From contig OZ024746.1 of assembly GCA_964016885.1 (NCBI GenBank), forward strand, positions 55,056,001-55,120,000: 64,000 nucleotides of DNA, written 5' to 3'. The stretch comes from Eledone cirrhosa. Lineage: Eukaryota. Positions 42,822 through 59,177 of the stretch are shown here, one piece after another. The notes under the pieces were generated by a model. The model did no database searches, was not told where the DNA came from, and worked only from the letters and a program-made list of their open reading frames with translations. How positions within the stretch are numbered: position 1 is the first letter of the stretch; each line of letters starts with the position of its first letter. The position numbers and the translations under genes are program-made.

Positions 42822-43606
42822 GCGTGCGTGCGTATGATTAGATGTACATGTACGTGTATATATATATATATGTGCTTCGTGTCTCTGTATGCGCGCCTTT
42901 GTATGTATGTACGCATGTATGTGCTTTTATCTGAACGTATTTATATATATATTTATACATATATATATATGTGTATGTACGAACCGATGTGTTTTCTATT
43001 TTTTCTAGTGTTACTTTATAATTGATAAACCGTCCTTCTTACTTTCTCTTTGATTTAATTTTTTTATTTTCTAATATTTTTTTATTCTTTTATTTTTTTA
43101 TTTTTTCATTTTCATAATTTATATTTTTTATATATGTATCGACCTTCAGCCTCACACTGCTTTGACTGATATACTCCCTTCCCTGTATATATCACTTGCA
43201 TGTATGTGGTTGCGCGCGTGTGTGTTTATACGCGTGCTTTCATAATTGTATGTGTATATATTTCAATCCATAGTACCTGAGTCTGGATGTACGTTAACTC
43301 TATTATCTTACAATTTCTTTTTTCAACATATATTATATACGGATTTGTGGTCACACATACACTGATATGCTTGCCCTCATGTATGTACTTACGCACACAT
43401 TTTTTCACTATACACATGCATTTGTACATACACACATATGTACATATGAGTGCATATACAAACATTTATACACATACCCTAATTATATTTCCTTATTTTA
43501 TTTTTATATATCTCTTGCATTACTTTTATTTATATATATATTTTTTTGCCCGTTAAACTTTTGCCTTTCTTGGGGAGATTTTTAAAATATTTTACTATGT
43601 TTTAAA

Positions 43607-43680
43607 TTACCTTGTCGGACGAACGAATGAGGAGGTTTCTTGTATTCGTCTTTTTCGGGAAACCTCTGGTAATGAGGTAA
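43607..43680 (+). ncRNA. Type I hammerhead motif with U4G core change, ending a pLTR-like tract (42820-43710)
   Basis: TTACCTTGT CGGACGA ACGAA...TTCGG GAAA CCTCTGG TA ATGAGGTAA. 9-bp stem I with two G-U pairs; stem III resembles the CCACTGG family. Confidence 0.62.
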
Positions 43681-43719
43681 CTATATTGTATTGTCTATTA
43701 TACATTATATATATATATA

Positions 43720-44165
43720 TATAAATAAAATTGCTGGCCTTGTGCCTATAGTAAAAATCATCATTATTATTATTGCAGTATCTGTAGAGAATCGAATGCC
43801 AGGCTTCGCATCATAGTGTTGTTTGAATTCAAATACACCTAAGTTAACTTTGCCTTTCATCCTTACGGGGTCGATAAAATAAAGTACCAGTCACGCACTG
43901 GGTGGATTTAATTGACTTTACTCTCCCCCCAAAAAATGTTTGGCCTTGTGACTATATAAGAAACCATTATTATAGGTGGATTGGCAGTATCGGTAGAGAG
44001 TCGGACGCCATGCTTTCCAGCATAGTTACGTGCCTTTACGGTCTGAGTTGAAATCCCGCCGAGGTTAACTTTGCCTTTTATCCTTACGGGGTCGATAAAA
44101 TAAAGTACCAGTAATACACTGGTATAATTGCTGGCCTTGTGCCAAAAGTAGAAACAATTATTATT
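43720..44165 (+). mobile_element. Cluster of tRNA-derived Nin-core SINEs (one 3' remnant plus two copies)
   Basis: GCCTTTCATCCTTACGGGGTCGATAAAATAAAGTACCAG at ~43852 and a near-identical copy at ~44073; GGCCTTGTG..AGAAAC.ATTATT ends. Confidence 0.8.
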
Positions 44166-44689
44166 ATCATCGCTCTGTTATGCAGTTCAGATGAATGTCT
44201 GCTAAGTCGTAACGAGGATCTTAGACAGAAAAAAACTTTCCAAAAAACGTGTGCTGTACCTAGCAAAGCCACATTTTGTTTGACACTCATCCTTTTATGG
44301 TATTCCCAATCGCTTTAAGATGTTTTGAAGTTTTATTAGGATAGACCAAAATGCCCCGATCACAACTGGTGTCACTTTCACATTCCCCTCTTACACTCCA
44401 GACTTAGACTTGTCATCTGTGATATTTTCAATATTTTCAGGTGATATTTTCAATATTTTCGATCTCCTTACTCGCCGTATTTGTGCTATTTGGCATGGCC
44501 ACGTCTGTGGTCTGACAGTATTTGTCTTTCTTGTTCAGTCGGTGATGCTCAATTACACTATCAGTTTGAAAATCATAATCTCAGTATATCGTTGATTTAG
44601 CATTTTTCTTCATTACTTTACAAAACACATGCTCTTACCAATTATCTATTGCTTCATATTATTATTATCATTATCATTATTACTATTAT

Positions 44690-44692
44690 TGT

Positions 44693-44772
<80 letters not shown>

Positions 44773-44778
44773 GTAGTA
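44690..44778. repeat. (TAG)n microsatellite
   Basis: Direct reading. Confidence 0.95.
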
Positions 44779-44962
44779 TTTTAGTGACAACCTAATTTTA
44801 GAGCCTGATAAAATTAATTTTATTATTCCATCAGTTGCTCAGTGCTTTCAAATTCCAATACATACAACTCCCCTGTTGAACGGTGAAACCTACAATATAT
44901 CTGATATTTTCTCTTCTGCTATGTATATAGAGGATATTGCGAATACAAAAGAATACACACAC

Positions 44963-45029
<67 letters not shown>

Positions 45030-45224
45030 TGTGTGTGTGTGTCTGTGTGTGTGTGAACACTATCTATTGAATGATTATTTAAATATAACATTAATCACGA
45101 GTTGAAAAAGGCTTTGGCTACAGTGTATGTATGAGAGTACAGTATATATATAGAGAGCGTGTGTATATTTATATATATATATATATAATCTGTATATATA
45201 TATATATATTTAATCTGTATACAC

Positions 45225-45308
<84 letters not shown>

Positions 45309-45314
<6 letters not shown>

Positions 45315-46365
45315 ATACTTGGGGAGGGTCATATTTGCGTAATATTGCCAGAATTAATAACGGAACACACTCACTGTTGGGTTAGTTTTCGCCTCTCGCT
45401 GTCTTTGATATCTGCGATCTAACTTACTCGGTCCTCAATGTTGCCATTGACTGACCGACGGTCAAAAATAATACATATACAATATAGACACAAACACATA
45501 TATATAGTTTACATAATTTACATAAATCTTTCGTTGCACATCTGCAACATCGTCAGTGGTGTTATATTGTTTTCCTCCTGTTGTGTTGTATGTCTACGCC
45601 ATTTTTTATTCAGTCTGTCTATATATTTATTTATTTATTTGCTTGTTTGTTTATTTTATTTTGTCTTCTTTGCGCATGCGTTTGCGTGTGTGTATAGTGT
45701 TATGTGTGCTGTGTGACTAGTGTGTATAGTGTTGTGTCTGTTGGGTGACTAGTGTGTGTTTATGTGCTTGTTGTTATTGTGCTTGTGTATGTATTTATTT
45801 ATCCTATTTTATTTTATTTTATTTACTTATTTATACTTCTCTTAGGTCAGTGTTGTTTGTTTGGGTGTTGTTGTTGTTCCACTCATTCTTTCTGTTTAGC
45901 TTTGGTCTTCTAATTTCTATTTCACTGGCCTCTCTGATTTGCCTATCTGCTGGCTCATTCCTATGTTTAGATATTATTCTAATTTCTATGTTGTCTATGT
46001 TACCGTCATGTTGTTGTCTAGCATGTTCGTATAGTACTGACCCGTTTTTTCGTCCTTTTAGTTCCCCCCAGTGTTGGTCTATCCTTTCACCTATGCTACG
46101 AGCTGTCTCACCTATGTATGTTGATGTCATGCTTCTGCAAGTACCCTCTGTACATCTTATGCTATAGACTACGTTTCTAGTTTTACAGTTTATACGGGGG
46201 TTCACCTTACATATGATAAATTTCCTATTGGTACAGTGGGTTTTCTTAAAAGGGTAGGTTTTGCTGATCAGGGATTTTATGGTGGTTCCTGGCTTTTCTA
46301 CCACCTTTATTTTTAAGTGGGTCTTTCTCAGGGCCTTTCTACACTGGTTAGCTAATTTCCCTCCA
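45309..46365 (-). mobile_element. Nematis-like PLE subfamily B, 3' part
   Basis: ORF 45831-46304 VEKPGTTIKSLISKTYPF..CKTRNVVYSIRCTEGTC..YIGETARSIGERIDQH..KLNRKNEW. The UTR differs from subfamily A but ends alike (ATGACCCTCCC.AAGTATAAC). Confidence 0.85.
45519..45561 (-). ncRNA. Minimal hammerhead (Nematis-like B), stem II covarying with subfamily A
   Basis: Minus strand: CA CTGACGA T-GTTGCA-GATG-TGCAAC GAAA GATT TA TG. Confidence 0.68.
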
Positions 46366-46390
46366 GGGTGGCGTCCACAAACATGACACT

Positions 46391-47250
46391 CTGTACACTA
46401 TATTTTTGTTTCTACATTGTCCTTCAGTACATCTTATGCTATACACTACATTTTTAGTTTTACAGTTAATATGGGGGCTTATGTATAACCTGTAAAATAA
46501 GCCCCCAAAATAAGCGCCCAAAATAAGCCACCATATTAACTGTAAAACTAGAAATGTAGTGTATAGCATAAGATGTACTGAAGGACAATGTAGAAACAAA
46601 ATATAGTGTACATAGGTGAGACAGCTCGTAGTATAGGGGAACGAATAAATGAACACTGGCGAGACCTTCAAGATAATAAAGAATCATCTGTGCTCTACCA
46701 ACATGCTAAGATAGAACACAGGGTTAAATTAGAGTACATAGAAATAAAAATAGAATCCACACACAGAAAAGATGCAATGTTTAGGCAAATTACAGAGGCA
46801 GTAAGCATAAAAGAATTACAACCAAAATTAAATAGAAAATATGAGTGGAACAGCAACATCACAACTTACAATTAAGGACAAAATGAAAACACACACACAC
46901 ATAGAACAAACAACCAACCAACAATAAATAAATAAATAAACAAATAGATAAATGAACACAAACACACACAGACACCCGGATGTGGCGCATGCGCAAACTG
47001 AGCACACATCACACACACAGAAACAAAATGGCGTAGGACAGAAGAAAGGGAAGGCACAGAGACAAAGAAAGGAATCCCCAGTCACTGAAGAGGTCACAAA
47101 GTGTGTGACGAAAGGACTATGACTATATATAAACAACTATCTGGTTGTGGAACCAGCCAACCAACCAGAAATTATATAATAAATTGAAGTGAAAGCAACT
47201 GGTGCGTGTGTTTCTTATTGGCAACATGACCCTCCCAAAGTATAACAATA
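46391..47250 (+). mobile_element. Nematis-like PLE subfamily A 3' part with local inversion; hammerhead at 47081-47123
   Basis: ORF 46606-46875 YIGETARSIGERINEHWRDL..ELQPKLNRKYEW. 46391-46480 is the inverse of ~46530-46612. Confidence 0.85.
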
Positions 47251-47255
47251 TATAT

Positions 47256-47337
<82 letters not shown>

Positions 47338-47359
47338 CATATATATGTACCTATATATG

Positions 47360-47414
<55 letters not shown>

Positions 47415-47421
<7 letters not shown>

Positions 47422-47731
47422 ATACTTTGGGAGGGTCATGTTGCCAATAAGAAACATACGCACCAGTTGCTTTCACTTCAATTTATTATATATTTATAAA
47501 TTTATAAACTTACAAATCTACAAACTTATACATTTCTGGTTGGTATTTAATTTTTTGGAAGTCCGACAAACATAAATGTTTATAACTGATTTAGAGCCCT
47601 CAACAAGTTACTGGAGTAAATATACAAAGATATTTAAATGAATGGAAACTATATTTATAAAACAATATATATTTCAAGGGCAACCAAGACAACATTGGTA
47701 CGCTTTCATCAGATAAAATAGAAATGTGGTT

Positions 47732-47814
<83 letters not shown>

Positions 47815-47995
47815 TTATATATTTCGTTTCTGAATTTGACAATATATGGACAACCGTCCGGTTGTGGAAGCAACCAACCAACCAACCGGAAATTTATAAA
47901 TTCTTAAATGTATGAATTTAATTTATAATAAATTGGAGTGAAAGTAGCTGGTGCGGAGTTTCTTATTGGCAGCATGGCCCTCCCAAAGCATAAAT
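47415..47995. mobile_element. Further Nematis-like A end fragments (47415-47545 minus; 47820-47995 short inverted tail plus 3' end)
   Basis: ATTGTTATACTTTGGGAGGGTCATGTTGCC; ATTTCGTTTCTGAATTTG followed by ...GGCAGCATGGCCCTCCCAAAG. Confidence 0.75.
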
Positions 47996-50554
<2,559 letters not shown>

Positions 50555-50556
<2 letters not shown>

Positions 50557-50748
50557 CGAAGGAAATGTGGTAAGGAACCAGGTGGACCATAACGCACCAA
50601 AGTACTCAATACTTGAGGTAGTAGAGTGGGTAATAGCAACCAGTAAGACCCCGACAGCTGAGCTCAAGCCGTCTCGACGGCTAATTCTGGACTGAATTAG
50701 CCGTCGAAACGGCTTGAGCTCAGCTGTCGGGGTCTTACTGGTTCCTAT
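50555..50748 (-). mobile_element. Mini fold-back PLE-end insertion, family H1 variant (tail left)
   Basis: Arms 50634-50687 and 50694-50748 (CCAGTAAGACCCCGACAGCTGAGCTCAAGCCG / CGGCTTGAGCTCAGCTGTCGGGGTCTTACTGG); tail homologous to 26456. Confidence 0.78.
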
Positions 50749-50785
50749 ATATATATATATATAGGTATGTATGTATATATATAGG

Positions 50786-50821
<36 letters not shown>

Positions 50822-50845
50822 TATGTATATATATATATATATAGG

Positions 50846-50878
<33 letters not shown>

Positions 50879-50879
50879 G

Positions 50880-50921
<42 letters not shown>

Positions 50922-50978
50922 TATGTATATTTATATATATATATATATAGGTATGTATATATATATATATATATATAT

Positions 50979-51886
50979 AATACTATATGTTGAGAAGGTA
51001 ACACACCAGAGAAAGATATATAGTGCGTTATCAATTATTACAGGGATAAAACCACCAATGTATGAAATCTATAACCTATGAAAGGCAGACTATAGACACG
51101 ATAATTAAAAATATAAATTAAAGCGTAAATAAATACCTCTATAACTATATAAAAGACGTACAAATCCAAAGATATGTTTCACCAAAAATTTGTTGAAAGA
51201 AATAGTCTAGTCTCGCTTCATCAGCGTGTGTAAGGCCATACATTTCAGACAACACTAAGAGAATTTTAAAATTGTCTGTCCAGCTACACGTGGGAGAGAG
51301 AAGTCACAGCGTGTTTAAGGGCAGTGAACCAGTGGCCTCTGACGGGCGAACTGCTAGAAAGAGAAGCCCAAAGCAACTCAGAGAAGTGTGCTCAACCAAA
51401 CAGAGATAGGAAAAACTGTTATTAGGAGCGAAATATCACGATAAATTAACGGAGGCATAGCCCCTCGCTTATCCCTGTAAATAATGTGCTCAAATGAGAA
51501 GAGATCCTGAGCTCTTTAAAATACAATATGTTGAGAAGGTAACACACCAGAGAGAGATATATAGTGCGCTATCAATAATACAGGGAAAAAACCACCAACG
51601 TATGGAATCTATAACCTATGAAAGGCAGACTATAGACACGATAATTAAAAATATAAATTAAAGCGTAAATAAATACCTCTATAACTATATAACACACGTA
51701 CACATCCAAAGATATGTTACACCAAAAATTTGTTGAAAGAAATGGTATAGTCTCGGTTCATCAGCGTGTGTAAGGCCATACATTTCAGACAACACTAAGA
51801 AAATTTTTAAGTTGACTGTCCAGCTACACGTGGGAGAGAGAACTCACAGCGTGTTTAAGGGCAGTGAACCAATGGCCTCTGACGGG
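50979..51886 (-). mobile_element. 540-nt-period direct repeat (~1.7 units), one full type I hammerhead per unit; retrozyme-like
   Basis: 50979-51346 matches 51520-51886. Minus-strand hammerheads at 51152-51231 and 51692-51771: ACACACG CTGATGA ACC..GGT G(A/T)AA CATATC-TTTG-GATGTG TA CGTGTGT. Confidence 0.72.
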
Positions 51887-51945
51887 GGCCATTGTCTGCC
51901 TTGACATGTATCTCGTCCATGTATCTCGGGAATTTTACCCGCCCT

Positions 51946-52018
<73 letters not shown>

Positions 52019-52198
52019 TATATGTATACATATATATATATACACACACATATATATATACACATATATATATACATAAATATATATATATATACATACA
52101 TATATATATATACATACAGATATATATATATGTATGTATGTATATATATATGTGTGTATATATATGTGTAGGTATATAAATATATATGTATACAAATA

Positions 52199-52261
<63 letters not shown>

Positions 52262-52373
52262 ATACATATATATATATATGTATATATATATGTATTTATA
52301 TACATATATATTTATATATATGTATTTATATACATATATATTTATATATATGTATGTATATATATATATATGT

Positions 52374-52464
<91 letters not shown>

Positions 52465-52468
<4 letters not shown>

Positions 52469-52611
52469 TAAACGGAAAAGAAAATGCTGACAAATTGTTC
52501 ACAGCGAAAAACAGTTTAATTAGGAATAAGTGAGAATTTGTAATATTATTGGTTATTATTCAGTTTTGGTTTTAAGTTAAACCGGTTGCGCATTTCTAAT
52601 GCTTTTCAAAC
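52465..52611 (-). mobile_element. 3' end of a sister family of the Naiad-like PLE
   Basis: TTGGTAAACGG..AGAAAATGCTGACAAATTGTTCACAG..ACCGGTTGCGCATTTCTAATGCTTTTCAAA aligns to 37783-37941. Confidence 0.8.
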
Positions 52612-52619
52612 ATATATAT

Positions 52620-52625
52620 ATACAC

Positions 52626-52656
<31 letters not shown>

Positions 52657-54087
52657 CACACAAATATACTTACACACACACATAGGTATGTGAAGGGCAA
52701 GGCAAAAAGAATATATGGGGGGGACATAGGAAAAGGTGAAATATAAGGGGAGGTAAGGGAAAAAAATAGGATTATTCCTTCTCCACACCCTCAAAGAGAA
52801 ATTTCCGTCCCATAATATCGGTTTTTACCGTGATGACGGATTAGCAGTTTCTCATACCACCAACTGCCATAACCTTGATAAATTCCGTAAAGACTTAATC
52901 AATACTTTTGCTAATCTTAACCTTAAAATCACTATAGATATGAACCTTACTAATGCTAACTTTCTTGATATTAATCTTGATCTACTTATCGCCTCTTTTA
53001 AACCCTATCATAAACCTAATGAAAATCTTAGGTATATACACAAAGAGTCTTGCCATCCCCCTATAGTTTTTAATAATCTTATTCCTAACATTAGCCGTAG
53101 GATTTCTACCTTATCTTCGTCTATAGACATTTTTAATAAAGCCGCCCCTTATTATAATAACGCCCTTAAGAACAGCGGCTTTACAGAAAAAAATCTTATT
53201 TACCTACCCCCCCCCCCCCTAAAACTAACCACAATAACATGAAAAGGAAGACTATTTGGTTCACACCCCCTTCTCTCTAACTGTCAAAACTAATGCAGGA
53301 AGGAAATTCCTTGAACTCTTAGACAAACATTTTCCTCCTAATCATAGATATTATAAGATATTTAATAGGAACGTAGTTAAGATCAGCTACTCTTGTTGCC
53401 CATCTATGAAGTCCAAAATCACCAGTTCAAACCATACGAGAATAAATCCAGGATGCATCTGCAGGAAGCCGGATGAATGCCCATTGCAGGGTAAATGTAA
53501 CACCAAATCTGTTGTTTATGAGGCTAAGATAATCAACAACCAGGTAATCAACAACCAGCCAGCCAGGAGTGAGCGATATGTCGGTATGACCCAGGACAGG
53601 TTTAAAACCAGATTTTACTCACATGTCGCTTCTTTTAAGCACTCCCGTACTCTATTGATTGGTCTATATTAGACCATTCGAGGGAGTACCAAAGGGGAAC
53701 AAAGAATTGTTCTTTGTGTACCACAGAAAAGTATAGGATTTTGCTAAACTTGAAAGCCACTTCCGCTTGCCTTAACTCAAAGACTGAGATCTTCAGATGC
53801 TGTCCTCATCTGAAATCGCATCTGATCTGTAACTGGATTGACACTCCAATGTTAAATCAACCGCCTTGAACTCCTTCTCTGCTCTTTACTTGTGCTACGG
53901 TTTTTATTTTGCTATTTTGCTGAATCTACGTTCTGTACTCTTGTATATATATATTTTTTCTCCCTTACCTCCCCTTATATTTCACCTTTACCTATGTCCC
54001 CCCCCATATATTCTTTTTGCCTTGCCCTTCACATACCTATGTGTATGTGTATGTATATTTGTGTGTGTATATATATATATATATATA

Positions 54088-54134
<47 letters not shown>

Positions 54135-54270
54135 GTGTGTATATGTATGTATATGTAGATAGACCAGGTCTTTTCATTCTGAAGATTGAAGGAAACATTT
54201 TTTGCTTGTAAGAAACCACTGGTGAATGGAATAATTGCTTTATGTTGCTTATTACTTTATTACCTTACTA
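52620..54270 (+). mobile_element. Hydra-clade-like PLE, 5'-truncated, with inverted UTR arm (52620-52770) and 3' hammerhead
   Basis: [81 protein letters not shown]. 52660-52770 is the inverse of 53953-54065. Confidence 0.88.
54173..54230 (+). ncRNA. Type I hammerhead (Hydra-like pLTR), GUG at the cleavage triplet
   Basis: TTCATT CTGAAGA TTGAAGG..CTTGTAA GAAA CCACTGG TG AATGGA. Confidence 0.68.
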
Positions 54271-54348
54271 CTATATATATGTAAGGTTCATATGAATTAT
54301 CTAAGACTCAGTTTTACACACACACACATGTATATGTGTATGTATGTG

Positions 54349-54418
<70 letters not shown>

Positions 54419-55735
54419 AGGGTGTTAAAGTTTGCTTGAAGCATTGTGAAATGTGTAAAATACGTGATAGGCTGTGGCAAAAGCTACTGACCAAATGGGT
54501 TAAATCAAGAGGGTGCGCTAGCGTGTGAAAGCCGTAAAACATGTGTGTGTAAATATATATGTGTGTGTAACTGTGTGTGTATATGTGTAAGTGTGTATAT
54601 GTGTGAGTGTGTGTGTGTGTGAAAGATAGTGGGCTGTAGAAGCTGGAAATCAAAGGGTGTGAAAGGTGGTAGGTCGTAAAACATGTGTGCGTGTATAAAT
54701 ATAGATGTGTGTGTGTAAGCGTATGGTTCCCATCTGGAGCCCGAAATATTGGGATTAAATCTCCACTACGGTAACCCTTCTACCTTTGTTTTGTTTTCAT
54801 CTTTGTCTCTCTCAATTTTCACTTTATCCTATTTCACCTATCTATCATTCACTTCCTACCTCGAGATTTCCCTCTGCATTGTTGTGGCTTTCTAAACTAC
54901 GTATTTTATATATATATATGTATGTGTGTGTGTGTGTGTTTGTATTTGGTTGTGCGTGTTTATGATATGTACGTATTTGTATGTGTATAATTGTATAGTT
55001 ATGTATGTATATGTGTGTGTGTATGCATACATATATGTGTGTGTGTGTATTTTTATATTTATGTATATATATATGTATGTGTATATAATTACATATACAT
55101 ATGTGTGTGTATATGTGTGTGTATAATTGTATACGTGTGCGTGTGCGTGTTTGTGCATGTATTTGTGTATGTCTATGTATGTGTTTATGTATGTGTATAT
55201 GTATATTTATGTGCGAGAGAGTGTGTATGTATTTACTATTTCGTACGTATGTATACGTGCATTTGTGTGTATTACTTATCACGCGTGTCTGTCGAGTTAC
55301 CTGCAGTTTGTATCGCTGTCAAAAATATTTTTTATATATATATATATATTTTTGTTATATTTATTTGCGTGTGTGAATATGTAGAGGAGTGCATTTATGT
55401 ATATGTATGTATGTACGTGTGTATATGTATGATTGTGTGCATGCATGTATGTATGTATATGTATGTGTGTATGGCTATGTTTGTGTATGTGTATGCTTGT
55501 ACACACATATATATGTATATGTATATATATATATGTATGTATATATGTGTATGTATATGTGTATATATGTGTGTGTGGTTGTATATATGTATGTGTATGT
55601 ATGGATGTGTTGATATTTATGTGCGTATGTATATATTGTATATGTATGTGTTTGTGTGTATTTATATACACATATATATGTGTGTATATATGTGTGTATG
55701 TATGAGTGTATGTATATGTTATATATATGTATATA

Positions 55736-55856
<121 letters not shown>

Positions 55857-56008
55857 CTCTTGAGTGTGAGTGTGCGTGTTTTTGTGTGTGTGTTTGCATA
55901 TGTAGTTTTATTTTATTTTTCCTTTCCTTCTTCCTTCTCCAGCCTCACTTTCATATAGATTGCATTTTTGTTTTTAAAATCTAAATTCAATAGACAGACC
56001 AGGATTTT

Positions 56009-56066
56009 TTCATTCTGAGGATTGAAAGCAAAATCTTTTGCTTTTAAGAAACCACTGGTAAATGGA
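56009..56066 (+). ncRNA. Type I hammerhead (Hydra-like pLTR family), intact GUA site
   Basis: TTCATT CTGAGGA TTGAAAGCAAAA-TC-TTTTGCTTTTAA GAAA CCACTGG TA AATGGA. Long stem II; flanks align to 54158-54260. Confidence 0.8.
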
Positions 56067-56545
56067 ATAATTGCCTTATGTTGTTTATTACATAACTATT
56101 AAGCTCTGTTACCTACATAGAGCACTCTTTTTTCCTGGACTTTTCCGACGGAATTACTTCATATATATATATATATGTATATATATGTATACATATATAT
56201 ATGTATTCATATACATATATGTTTATATATATTTATAGGTTATTTAATATTCTGTTCAATTGATATCTGTGGGCTATCAGTAGAGGTTGTACTTGCTACT
56301 TAATATGAGATTCATCAACTAGTTCTGTAGTTGAGCCGAAATATCAAGTTATATCATTGGCAGATATAATGACGCAACGCAACGCAATAGTTCTAAGCTT
56401 TCTATCTTCGGTACTTACATAATTTCGTACTTATCAATGTATGTATGTGTCTACGTGTATGTTTGCTTATATAAGTACACATACATGCATAACTATATAC
56501 ATTCATACACATATATATGTCTGCAGATATATATACATATGTTTG

Positions 56546-56576
<31 letters not shown>

Positions 56577-56595
56577 CTATATACACAATAATATC

Positions 56596-56671
<76 letters not shown>

Positions 56672-57638
56672 CATGTACACAAGTCTATGTATATATTAAT
56701 ATCAAGATTCGAAAATATCGCGTGTTACTGAACTCGTTAGAAAGATGTCAACTTGAAATATTAGTTCTACAGGTAGATGGCGCCTGAAGTCTTCGAGTAG
56801 CTTACTTCCGGGTTTATTGGTCTCGACAGGCAGCTATTGATGACTTGTCAGGTGATTTAGTGCTTTCATTAACATTTCGTATCCTATTAGAGTTACACGC
56901 CTCAGAACTTCATCGATCTTCTATCGGAGAATAATGAACACATACTTACGTGTGCAATACATTTCCCTGTGAAATAATTTAAATATTTGTTGCTGTAATT
57001 TGATCAGACATCAGATTTAATGCAAACGTCACCGAAGTTTCTCTCTAAAATTTCGCCCTTTGCTAATTTACATTTCTGCCTGGAAAAGTTCAATTTGGCT
57101 GCCTTCTTTGATTATCGACTGAAATTGTACTACTAGTTAGTGGACTTTCAGTTAAAAAATGGTAAATTTGCACTTATATGCATCGTATTCATTAAACCGT
57201 CATTGTCTTCGTCAAAAGTGCAAGAGGCATCAAAAATCACATTTCAGGTATTTGCTGACAGGGCGATATTCATTTCATTTCTTGTTAAAATCTAAAACAA
57301 ACAAAACGAACAACCCACACAACAATAGAACGTAACGAAATATGTCAACATTTTGCTTCAAATGATATTATAGGCTTCTTAAATTCTGCTAAACTGATGG
57401 TGGGTAATATGCTAAAACTTATTTCGAAAATCATCTACATAATAAACTTTAAAGTTCTTGACAGCCTTTATCCATTTTATACGTTTAACCTTTCATTCAT
57501 AAGTCTGGGGCCATGGTTTCGCGCCACCATCAAGTCATTTTGTCTTTTATATCGACCTTAGTATTTACTTTGTTCTGAAGTTTGTTGCTCATTATAACTA
57601 TATTTTTATCGAAAGGCAGATTTATGGGACATAAACAA

Positions 57639-57710
<72 letters not shown>

Positions 57711-58469
57711 GAAAAAGTTTTATTTAAAATTGTTGGGTTACAACGAGTAAATATTTTATAACTGATATAAAAGCACTCAACAGTTTTTGGAGTAGGTTTA
57801 CGATATTAAACAATATTATATGTGTCTCAGATTTTGCTTATAGACCTAAGAATTTTTAAACTAAGCATGGGGTCATTTTTTTCACACATGATGGATATGT
57901 GTCTCATTCATGAATACTGATATTTACATTATAATACCTAATTCATAAAAATTGATAATTCAAATGGATGAGACATAATATATTTTTAATATATTTTAAA
58001 TATACCATCTTTCTTTCTTTTTCTCCTCTACACTGGACGTGATTTATGTGTCGGCTATTTTAACTGTATCCCTTCCCTCCTTAACCTCTCACTTGTACGC
58101 TGATCATCTGTCCCCAAGCTGCCTACTATTTTTTCACTTCCTCAATATATTTCTCTCTCCCATATCTCCTTCTCTCTCTTTCTCGCTCTGTTGTTTTTCT
58201 TTACATACATCTCTTCATCTTCTTCTTTTTATCTTCGTTTTTCTTCGTCTTTCTCTCTCTATAACTGTCCTTAACAGTTTCACTACCAAATCAACTTTTT
58301 AAATGGAAGTTGCATTATTCTAAGGTATGTCAAAATTATTTATAAAACAGCTTATATATTGTATTTTGTCTGAGGAAGGCATACCATATTTTTAATATGA
58401 TATCCCAGAAATATATATAACGAAATAAATATGGTTTTATAAATATAGTTTCTATTTGTTTAATATCGT

Positions 58470-58471
<2 letters not shown>
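57711..58471. mobile_element. Mini fold-back PLE-end insertion, family H3 (longer copy); hammerhead at 58362-58427
   Basis: Tail 57711-57796, short arm TACGATATTAAACAA / TTGTTTAATATCGTA. Hammerhead TATTTTGT CTGAGGA AGGCATACCAT..ATGATATCCCA GAAA TATATA TA ACGAAATA. Confidence 0.8.
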
Positions 58472-58560
<89 letters not shown>

Positions 58561-58850
58561 CACAACGAGATTCTCTAAATTTAATTAATAGCAGATAACA
58601 CCCAGTATGTTACGATTCAGTGTGCATGAACCGGAAACCTCGGTACCGAGAAACCAACATTTTAGTCTCACATACAATACTCTGAAATAAAGGGAAATAT
58701 CTAGGCAGCCATTCATTTATTTATTCAGGAATCCAGCTATTATATGGGTAGACATTGGAATTTCCTCCGTTACTCCCATCTAATCATTTGTGTCTTCATA
58801 ATTGAGCATTAAATAGTGTGCTTCTATAACATGCTTACAATACTCTATCA

Positions 58851-58920
<70 letters not shown>

Positions 58921-58922
<2 letters not shown>

Positions 58923-59175
58923 CAGTATATGTTGGTTGTTTACCGACACCTCAGTATGCAGATTTGAGCACTATACGAAGCACGCAGGTTGGTTTGTTTA
59001 CTCCGGAGTAATGTAAAATAAGTAAGTCAAACATGTAAAATTTGGCTTCGTTTATTATACGGATTGCCTGAAGAGGTCACATGCATTGATGGCTGTCACC
59101 GAAATATATATAGCAGTAAATTTATAATTTATAATAAACGAAGCCAAATTGTACATGTTTGACTTACTTATTATA
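58921..59175. mobile_element. Mini fold-back PLE-end insertion, family H5; hammerhead at 59063-59117
   Basis: Arms 59018-59059 and 59130-59171; tail 58921-59012. ATTGC CTGAAGA GGT..ACC GAAA TATATA TA GCAGT. Confidence 0.78.
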
Positions 59176-59177
59176 TA

